DNA from: Eledone cirrhosa
Lineage: Eukaryota
Assembly (NCBI GenBank): GCA_964016885.1
Contig: OZ024744.1
Span: 34,410,001 to 34,474,000 of the forward strand
DNA length: 64,000 bases
Direction: 5' to 3'
A program made the position numbers and the translations under genes. The notes under the pieces were generated by a model. It saw nothing but the letters and a program-made list of their open reading frames with translations. It had not been told where the DNA came from and made no database searches. Of this stretch, positions 55,711-63,384 are shown piece by piece. Positions within the stretch are counted from its first letter, which is position 1. Each line of letters opens with the position of its first letter.

Positions 55711-56798
55711 ATGACCACTTTACAGTGTGGAATGGGTGCCTTTTGTTGTGGCATCGACATGACCACTTTACAGTGTGGACTGTTTGCCTTTTGTTGTGAC
55801 GCCGACATGACCACTTTACAGTATGGACTGGGTGCCTTTTGTTGTGACTCCGACATGACCACTTTACAGTGTGGAATGTGTGCCTTTTGTTGTGGTATCG
55901 ACATGACCACTTTACAGTGTGGACTGGGTGTTTTTTGTTGTGACGCCGACATGACCACTTTACAGTATGGACTGGGTGCCTTTTGTGTGAAGCCGACATG
56001 ACATCTTTACAGTTTGGACTGGGTGCCTTTTGTTGTGACACCTAGATGACCACTTTACAATGTGGACTGGGTGCCTTTTGTTATGACGCCGACATGACCA
56101 CTTTACAGTGTTGACTGGGTGCCTTTTGTTGTGACACCGACATGCCGACTTTACAGTATGGACTGGGTGCCTTTTATTGTGACGCCGGCATGACCACTTT
56201 ACAGTATGGACTGGGTGCCTTATGTTGTGACTCCGACATGACCACTTTACAGTGTGGACTGGGTATCTTTTGTTGTGACGCTGACATGACCACTTTACAG
56301 TATGGACTGGGTGCCTTTTGTTGTGACGCCGACATGACCACTTTACAGTGTGGGCTGGGTGTTTTTTGTCGTGACTCCGACATGACCACTTTACAGTGTG
56401 GACTGGGTGCCTTTTGTTGTGACGCCGACATGACCACTTTACAGTGTGGACTGGGTTCCTTTTGTTGTGACACCGACATGACCGCTTTACAGTATGGACT
56501 GGGTGCCTTTTGTTGTGACGCCGACATGACCACTTTACAGTGTGTGCTGGGTGCCTTTTGTTGTGACGCCGACATTACCACTTTACAGTGTGGACTGGGG
56601 CTTATTGGTGTGGCCCCAGAATCATCGCTTTATGGTGTGGATTGGGGACTTGAGTGGTTGGATGCATGGGGAATTGGGGAGGTAGATATAGGGTGGCGTG
56701 ATTACAACGTGCGATGTGTATGGGAGGTATGATGGGAAGAAGGGTGGTACATACTAGAGGTATTCCTCCGTTCCTGCATATGGGTAGGTGCGTTTCCC

Positions 56799-56906
56799 TG
56801 AGAATTACATTTAAGAGTACACATGCTGAACTTGCATGAAATTCCCTTTGAAGCCTAAACATGCTGAATCACAATGAGAATTACATTTAAGCGTACACAT
56901 ACTGAA
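56799..56906. repeat. 32-bp direct repeat pair (2 mismatches)
   Basis: TGAGAATTACATTTAAGAGTACACATGCTGAA at 56799-56830 matches TGAGAATTACATTTAAGCGTACACATACTGAA at 56875-56906. A partial third copy (ACATGCTGAA) is at 56859. Confidence 0.9.
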
Positions 56907-56939
56907 TCTTCCTGAGAAGTATTGCCCAAGAATTTCAAA

Positions 56940-57298
56940 ACCCTTGAAAGTATCCGGAACAACACAACAATCATGGGAGCAATCACTGTCATTTTATCAG
57001 GGAGCTTCCGACAAACTTTACCTGTGATATCAAATGGAACTCGTGCCGACAAGTTTGAGCTTGCCTAAAATCAACTTTATGGCCACGTATCACTAAACTT
57101 AATTTAAGAATCAACATGCAGGCCCAACTTCAAGGTGACACCGTTTTTGCAGAGTTTGTTCAAAAGCTTCTGAAACTTGGTGAAAGCAAAATATCCCTTG
57201 ATACGGAAGGATGTTTTGATCCTTCATCAATTTGTACAGATGTGAAAAGTGCCGATAGCTTAATTAATCAAATGTTCCCCAATTTAAAAATCCACCAT
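56940..57298 (+). pseudogene. Helitron PIF1-like helicase fragment (motif III region), frameshifted
   Basis: Manual translation gives TLESIRNNTTIMGAITVILSGSFRQTLPVISNGTRADKFE/(frameshift)ACLKSTLWPRITKLNLRINMQAQLQGD...LLKLGESKI...LINQMFPNL. This is collinear with SGDFRQTLPVIPKGTRVD..ACLKS..NMRA..LLTLGNGKV..AVFPEL at 61370-61660. Confidence 0.9.
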
Positions 57299-57310
57299 TC
57301 CAGCAACAAT

Positions 57311-57338
57311 TCCCGTGCAACGCCGAGTGTCACTGCTA

Positions 57339-57339
<1 letters not shown>
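57311..57339 (+). mobile_element. Helitron-type 3' terminus (subterminal GC hairpin + CTAG)
   Basis: TCCCGTGCAACGCCGAGTGTCACTGCTAG is an imperfect CCCG..CG(A)G hairpin 8 nt upstream of CTAG. It lies directly after a Helitron helicase fragment and directly before (AT)n. It fits the hairpin-CTRR rule for Helitron 3' ends, although the next base is A rather than the usual T. Confidence 0.72.

Positions 57340-57340
<1 letters not shown>

Positions 57341-57408
<68 letters not shown>
57341..57408. repeat. (TA)n microsatellite
   Basis: Perfect AT dinucleotide run. Confidence 0.99.
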
Positions 57409-57411
<3 letters not shown>

Positions 57412-57637
57412 GAAACACAGATACATGCGGACACACACATATACATGAATGCATCCGCACCCAACCGTGAGTTAAGGGTGCCAACTTCACCGATGTTGCT
57501 CAATGAATGACTGGGACAGACCAATCCGGTTGAACCAGACTGAACCAGTATCAGAGTTAAAAATACATTATGAAGAGAGAAGAAACATTTAGATATAATT
57601 AGTAATAAAATGTATCAGACCTAATCTGCTCCTAGAT

Positions 57638-57727
57638 TCCTCGACTACGTAGTTTCGTGGCATAAACAAAAACAATACATCATAAAGATATAGAGTCCCT
57701 GCGAGGTCTGCCGACTTATCAAGAGGA
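57638..57727 (-). ncRNA. Type I hammerhead ribozyme motif, degenerate core, long stem II insert
   Basis: The minus strand reads TCCTC-TTGATAA-GTCGGCA...TGCCAC-GAAAC-TACGTA-GTC-GAGGA. Stem I is TCCTC/GAGGA, stem II is GT(C)GGCA/TGCCAC, stem III is the palindrome ACTACGTAGT, and the cleavage triplet is GUC. The core deviates from CUGANGA at two positions. Confidence 0.7.
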
Positions 57728-57952
57728 TACCTCATTTTACTAGTCTCAAGACGCGTCTACACGACGTGAGAAAGAATCCCAAAAGGTGGAGGGGGAGATA
57801 GTCACGCGATATAACGGTCGAGAAACAGAGCTAAGCCTCTTATAACCCCGAAGAAAATACCACGGAGGCGGAGGGGGTATTTATATCGAAGCCGTAGAAG
57901 AGGTGGTGAAGGAGGCGAGAAGTATGAGTAATGGAAGCTTTTCAGCAGTCCC

Positions 57953-57955
<3 letters not shown>

Positions 57956-57997
<42 letters not shown>
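57956..57997. repeat. (TA)n microsatellite
   Basis: Perfect TA run. Confidence 0.99.
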
Positions 57998-57998
<1 letters not shown>

Positions 57999-58150
57999 GA
58001 AACCCAGCTGACAACTGATGAAGGGAAATATACACCGTTCGTACCTTCCTCTTATTTATAAATATATATATATATATATATATATTCTTTGGATTTTAGT
58101 ATTCACATTAATTATTATTACTATATACATTTATTATTATTACTATATAC

Positions 58151-58331
58151 GGTGGATTGGCAGTATCAGTAGAGGGTCGGACGCCATGCTTTCCAGCATA
58201 GATACGTCCCTTTACGATCTGAGTTCAAATCCCGCCGAGGTTGACTTTGCCTTTCATCCTTACGGCGTCGATAAAATAAAGTACCAGTAATGCACTGGGT
58301 GTTTGCTGGCCTTGTGCCTAAAGTAGAGACA
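58151..58331 (+). mobile_element. tRNA-derived SINE with 18-bp target-site duplication
   Basis: It has an A-box-like TGGCAGTATCAG, a B-box GAGTTCAAATCCC and a body GACTTTGCCTTTCATCCTTACGGCGTCGATAAAATAAAGTACCAG. The body resembles, from memory, a conserved SINE central domain common in cephalopods/molluscs. It is flanked by ATTATTATTACTATATAC at 58133-58150 and 58332-58349. Confidence 0.8.
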
Positions 58332-58349
58332 ATTATTATTACTATATAC

Positions 58350-58796
58350 ATAGTGGTAGAACACTGGAAGGTAATATCTGTAGTGGTAGAGCACTCAATC
58401 CATGGGACGAGTTAGGTAGAAGTGGTTACACAACAGTTAGTTCACCATACCGAGAACAATTGTTTCACCTGAGCGGATCCTCAGCTCGTAATGGACATGT
58501 TATACGGAACAGGAAGGACAACCGTACGAACACGCATGCGCAGGAACGGCCACTTCACTCAGGCAATACTAAATTGCGTGCGAGAGGTGTAAGGGAGATA
58601 ACTGCGAAAGTGCGAAAGTTTCTAGTTCATGAGAAAATTAGGATGTTGTTGTAATGCAATCCGGAGCTTTGTAAGAGGTGTTTCCAGACGTGTGACCAAC
58701 GTGTGAAGAATTCACTGCTTGACTTTAGGCAATCGCTATTACGTAATCTCTTTAGAATATTTATTCGTTCATCAATACATAGTCCACACGACGGAT
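58350..58796 (-). mobile_element. Penelope-like element 3' end (endonuclease C-terminus plus 3' UTR/pseudo-LTR), inverted copy
   Basis: The minus strand encodes PSCGLCIDERINILKRLRNSDCLKSSSEFFTRWSHVWK, then runs into non-coding sequence containing a hammerhead. 58632-58796 is an inverted copy of 58956-59123. The left boundary is approximate. Confidence 0.75.
58445..58494 (-). ncRNA. Minimal type I hammerhead ribozyme in the 3' region (pseudo-LTR) of a Penelope-like element
   Basis: The minus strand reads CCATTACGAG-CTGAGGA-TCCGCTCAGGT-GAAAC-AATT-GTT-CTCGGTATGG. The CUGANGA and GAAA core is intact. Stem I is 4 bp + 2x2 internal loop + 4 bp, stem III is the palindrome ACAATTGT, and the triplet is GUU. 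It lies ~140 nt downstream of the minus-strand GIY-YIG C-terminal copy. Confidence 0.85.
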
Positions 58797-59123
58797 CTAA
58801 GGAACGCTTCCTGAACCACCAGTCGACCTTTAGGTATCTGGAGAGAGGTTCATCCACGAAACTCGCGAGCCACGTATGGTCCCTCAAGGAATCAAGTATA
58901 GGCTACTCCATTCAATGGAAAGCCATCACTAAGTCCAAGACATACGCAAGGGGCAATCCGTCGCGTGGACTATGTATTGATGAACGAATAAATATTCTAA
59001 AGAGATTACGCAATAACGATTGCCTAAACTCAAGTAATGAATTCTTCACACGTTGTCCACACGTCTGGAAACTTACATAATTACAAAGCTACGGATTGAA
59101 TTACAACAACATCCTAATTTTCT
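58797..59123 (+). pseudogene. Penelope-like retroelement GIY-YIG endonuclease, C-terminal fragment
   Basis: It reads KERFLNHQSTFRYLERGSSTKLASHVWSLKESSIGYSIQWKAITKSKTYARGNPS(R/C)GLCIDERINILK..CLNSSNEFFTRCPH. The R..H, CxLC..E, LN and CxH pattern matches the C-terminal half of PLE GIY-YIG endonucleases. The GIY/YIG motifs and the RT domain are absent (5' truncated). Confidence 0.78.
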
Positions 59124-62100
59124 GAACGACGGTGCCTCATAAGATTAAACCGGACAAAACTACGCTGCGACGATTACATTCACCTACGTGATGGAATGAA
59201 CAATAATGAAAACCCAGATAACATTGGAAAAGTTTGCATTTTACCTTCAACCTTCGAAGGAAGTCCCCGTTGTGTGCATTCAAGAACCCAGGACGCGATG
59301 ACGTATGTGCGCGTGTACGGCAACCCAGACCTATTTATTACTTTTACTTGCATTCCTTCGTGGCAAGAAATTGCCCATGAACTCCTTCCAGGACAACAGC
59401 CCAGCGCTCGCCATGACCTCTGATCCAGAGTCTTCGAGCTAAAAGTATACAAAATAATGGACCTTATCACAAAGGGCCAGGTATTTGGACGTGTGTAATG
59501 TTACATGTACACAATTGAATGGGAGAAGCGGGGACTCCCCCATGCTCACATTTTTATTTGGTTGTCGACAAAAATCAGAGCAGACGACATCGACATGATT
59601 ATATCCGCAGACCTTCTAAACCCGCAAACTGACAAAACCCTATTTGGCAGGGTTACGGCGCACATGGTTCACGGTCCTTGTGGACGTGTCTTCAAATCTA
59701 ACTCCCCGTGTTTGAACAACCGTATTTGCTCCAAAAAAATACCCAAAAGCCTTCCTTCGCGAAACTCAAACTGCTGATGACGGATACCCATCATACAGAC
59801 GAAGGAGCCCTGAGGACGGAGGATTAACAGCACTGGTTGGAAAACATGAAATTGACAACCGATAGATTGTACCGTACTGCCCATTACTACTCAAGCCGTT
59901 CAACTCCCACATAAATGTTGAATGGTGCAACTCTATTAAATCAATCAAATATGTCTGCAAGTATATAAATAAGGGCCCGGATTCCGCCATGTTCGGGCTT
60001 AAAGAAGAAAACAAACATGATGAAGTTGCACAGTACCAATCAGCACGATATATAAGTACCAGCGAGGCCTTTTGGCGAATTTACCGTTTCTCAATGCACA
60101 GAAGATACCCTGCCGTCCAACACCTTGCTGTGCACCTGGAAAACGGCCAAAGAGTGTACTATACAAAACAAACAGCTTTTCTGAGGGCTCTGCAACCAAG
60201 GAACACAACTCTTCCTGCATTCTTTTAACTATGTCAAGGCGACGCATTCGCTCGCACTTTACTGTATCCCCAAGTCCCCTCTTTCTACAAATGGAAAAAA
60301 GTATTCATGGAAGCCAAGAATCAAAGGTGAAAGCGTTGATGGTCATCCAGATTTTAACTTTGACAGCTGCCTGGCACGAGTTTACACAGTGACCCCCCCC
60401 CCCAATCTACCAATAATGTTACTACCTGCGTATGCTTCTCCATGACGTAAGAGCACCAACCAGTTTTCAACACCTAAGAACTGTTGATGGCCAAATTTGC
60501 GACGACACGTACAGAGAAGCCTGCCTTAGGCGTGGACTACTGTAAGATGGTGCTCAGTGGGATGCCACTTTGGCAGAAGCAGTTGTTTTACAAATGCCAC
60601 ACAGCCTTAGGAAGCTTTTTGCTGTCTTACTATACATTTATGAATTGCCCGATCCTTCCTTTTTGTGGCTCAAGTACAGAGATGACCTCTCTGAGGACTT
60701 CAGACATCAAGCACAATTACAACTTCCTGACATGGAAGTAGGCTTCACAGATGAAATCTACAACAAAGCACTTATTGGTATTGGAAATATGACTGCTGCA
60801 ATGGGTGGGAATGCACTGCAGACATATAGCCTGCCCCAAACCAACAGAACAGGCTCCGACGTCATTTTCGCAGAAATACTTCGGGAACGATCCTACGACA
60901 CTGACAGATTGGCTACATATGTCACTGAGCAGGAACCAATGCTGCTGCATGATCAGGAACGAGCATATAACACTATTGCTGACTGTGTCCACCATCGTAC
61001 GGGAGGAATCTTTTTCTTCGATGCCCCTGGAAGCACAGGGAAGACTTTTGTCATACGGCTTCTCCTTGACAAGGTTCGACAACACAGACACATAGCACTT
61101 GCTGTTGCGTCTTCCGGTATTGCAGCAAGCTTGCTTCCTGGGGCCAGGACACCACATTCAGCCTTCAAACTCCCCTCAATATGACAGAAAATGACACACC
61201 CTGCTGTAATATTACCAAAGGATTAGAAAAGGCAGAACTGCTTAAAAGGTGTGAACTTATAATTTGGGACGAATGTACCATGGCTCATAAACAAGCTTTG
61301 GAGGCACTGGACCGGACTTTAAGAGACATAAGAGACTCCAGGATCACAAGGGAGGCGTGATTGTCCTTTTATCCGGAGATTTTAGACAAACCCTCCCTGT
61401 TATTCCCAAAGGAACAAGGGTTGATGCTATTCGAGCATGCTTAAAGTCATCTCTGATTTGGCGTTGTCACAACATTAACGCTCTCTACGAACATGAGAGC
61501 TCGGATGCTTGGTGACCAAGTGTCATCAGATTTTGCTACCAACCTATTGACACTTGGGAACGGCAAAGTGCCACTTGATGAAGATGAAAAAATCTCCCTT
61601 GAACCGGTCTGCACTTTAGTCGACAGTGCTGACGACTTGACAGATGCAGTATTCCCTGAGTTAAGCACTAACTACCAAAATCCAAACTGGCTGTGCGAAA
61701 AGGCAATACTGGCTCCGAAAAATGAGACTGTCGACAAAATCAAAGGACAACTGCTTAAGTCTCTTCCTACAGCTTCGTGTACATACAAGTCCATCGATAC
61801 AGTCACAGATCCCATTAACTACCCAATTGAGTTTCTTAACTCATTGAACCCCTCCGGGTTGCCATCTCATCGATTGGAACTTAAGCAAGGATGCCCAATT
61901 ATGCTTTTTAGGAATCTACACTCACCAAAACTCTGCAACGGCACCCGCCTTAGAGTAAATAAACTAACGCAAAACTTGATCGAGGCGACGATTCTCTCGG
62001 GGTATGGAAAGGGGGTAAATGTTTTTATCCCAAGGATACCCCTTTGTCCGTCAACATCAGAGATCCCCTTTTCATTTAGGAGGCTCCAGTTTCCAGTTCG

Positions 62101-62293
62101 TTGTAGTTTCGCTATGACGATAAATAAGTCTCAGGGGAAAATATTGTCCGCCGGGGGAATAAACCTAGAAGAGCCTTGCTTTTCACACGGTCAGCTATAC
62201 GTTGGATGTTCCAGAGTGGGAAGCAAAAGAAACCTTTATGCATTTGCTCCAAACGGTAAAACCACAAACATTGTGTACCAAGAAGTTCTGTAA
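59121..62293 (+). pseudogene. Helitron Rep(HUH)-PIF1 helicase gene, 5'-truncated, with multiple stops and frameshifts
   Basis: Rep motifs are ILPSTFEGSPR, PDLFITFTC, EWEKRGLPHAHI, MVHGPCG, HINVEWCNSIKSIKYVCKYINKG and ARYISTSEAFWRI. Helicase motifs are DAPGSTGKTF, AVASSGIAASLL, IIWDECTM, SGDFRQTLPV, LCNGTRL, FAMTINKSQG, FSHGQLYVGCSRV and the terminal TNIVYQEVL*. In-frame stops occur at 59421, 59496 and 60226, with several frameshifts. Confidence 0.96.
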
Positions 62294-62459
62294 TCAACAC
62301 TGCGACACAAACCGTCTTCTAACAATCAAATACCTCGCTACTTTCAATAAACCAAATTGTAGACATACTGCCTTTTTGAAATTCATAACACCATACTTTT
62401 CGACTGTAAACGTTGTGACCACTTTTAGCTGCACGGTATTGAAATGCACGTTCCCCTCT

Positions 62460-62735
62460 GGTTGGTTGAGCCAGTTTTCCATGGATTCGCCAGCGCGTGC
62501 AGCAGACATTGATTCACATATCTTTGTTGCCGCAGTTGACGCCGTGTTTCGGTAGACGCAGCTCGAGTTGCGGAAATTGACTCCCATTTCTTCGCTGCCG
62601 CAGTTGACGCTGTGTTTCGGTTGATGCAGCTCGAGCTGCGGAAGTTGCCTCAGCATTTCTATGCCGCCGTAATGAAGGGTGTGGTTCGTTCTCTGCATCT
62701 CCTGCAATAGACGTTGCCTCAATATTTGCTTTCTG
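62460..62735 (-). repeat. ~66-68-bp diverged tandem repeat (3-4 copies) encoding Arg/Ala/Glu-rich 22-23-aa repeats; possibly a Helitron RepHel N-terminal fragment
   Basis: GCCGCAGTTGACGC.GTGTTTCGGT.GA.GCAGCTCGAG.TGCGGAA.TTG is at 62529 and 62597, with a weaker copy at 62663. The minus strand reads RNAEATSAARAASTETQRQLRQRRN...ESMSAARAGES. The repeat is seen directly; the Helitron identity is inference. Confidence 0.55.
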
Positions 62736-62737
62736 TA

Positions 62738-62780
62738 GCCATTTTGTTTCTGTGTGTGTCACACACAGAAACAAAATGGC
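62738..62780. repeat. 43-bp palindrome (21-bp perfect arms, 1-nt centre)
   Basis: GCCATTTTGTTTCTGTGTGTG-T-CACACACAGAAACAAAATGGC. Confidence 0.97.
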
Positions 62781-62828
62781 GTAGGACAGAACAAAGGAGA
62801 GGCACAAAAACAAAGAAAAGAATCCCCA

Positions 62829-62871
62829 GTCACTGAAGAGGTCACAGAATGTGTGACGAAAGAACTGTGAC
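62829..62871 (+). ncRNA. Minimal type I hammerhead-like motif with non-canonical cleavage site
   Basis: It reads GTCA-CTGAAGA-G-GTCACA-GAATG-TGTGAC-GAAA-GAAC-TG-TGAC. Stem I is GTCA/TGAC, stem II is 6 bp, and stem III is the near-palindrome AGAACT. Position 17 is G, which violates the NUH rule. Confidence 0.62.
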
Positions 62872-63021
62872 AATATATAAACAACCATCTGGTTGTGGAA
62901 CCAACCAACCAACCGGAAATTTATAAATTCCTAAATTTATAAATTTATTATAATAAATTGAAGTGAAAGCAACTGGTGCGTGTGTTTCTTATTGGCAACA
63001 TGACCCTCCCAAAGTATAACA

Positions 63022-63248
<227 letters not shown>

Positions 63249-63384
63249 ATGCACGAGTGCATTAATGTTTTCCAGGACACAGTGTTATGTACCGTGTAGT
63301 GGAATGTCAGCTTACAACAGAGTGGTGCTCAACGAAATGCAGAAAAAAGGTGTATATTCCAGTTTAGCTATATTCCGGGGCGTG

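Larger units (their letters stand above)
1..56600. repeat. 48-bp tandem satellite array, ~1,180 monomers, open at the left edge of the window
   Basis: The monomer ATGACCACTTTACAGTGTGGACTGGGTGCCTTTTGTTGTGACGCCGAC (52% GC) repeats head-to-tail with no unique spacers. Units of 46, 47, 49 and 39 bp occur as indel variants. The ORF track shows the same 16-aa periodicity in three frames (MTTLQCGLGAFCCDAD, QQKAPSPHCKVVMSAS, HNKRHPVHTVKWSCRR). Copy number is estimated as length divided by ~48. Confidence 0.99.

Noticed and set aside
1-56600. CRISPR array or variable-cassette system
   Set aside because: There are no unique spacers, variation is point/indel polymorphism across the whole unit, there are no cas or recombinase genes, and the context is eukaryotic.
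167-56732. Hundreds of ORFs encoding Cys-rich (MTTLQCGLGAFCCDAD)n or His/Arg-rich repeats, suggesting a giant metal-binding or structural protein
   Set aside because: A 48-bp unit open in three frames yields such ORFs automatically. Frameshifting 46/47/49-bp units and TGA/TAG/TAA variants occur every few monomers and are propagated by duplications. There is no unique N- or C-terminal domain.
57998-58050. Possible fifth hammerhead (CGAAACCCAGCTGACAACTGATGAAGGG)
   Set aside because: GAAAC and CTGATGA are present, but no NUH site with consistent stems could be built and no GAAA follows the putative stem II. At most it is a decayed remnant.
59774-59820. CTGATGA and CTGAGGA hammerhead-like words
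   Set aside because: They lie inside conserved Helitron coding sequence (ADDGYPSYRRRSPEDGG) and lack the matching GAAA/stem architecture.
61493-62293. Intact host PIF1 helicase gene (266-aa ORF)
   Set aside because: It is only the C-terminal piece of a disrupted Helitron RepHel frame. The Walker A/B motifs lie upstream across frameshifts and follow HUH Rep motifs.
62915-62950. Short AT-rich palindromes (AAATTTATAAATT twice)
   Set aside because: Low-complexity AT sequence in which such palindromes arise easily; no supportable function.
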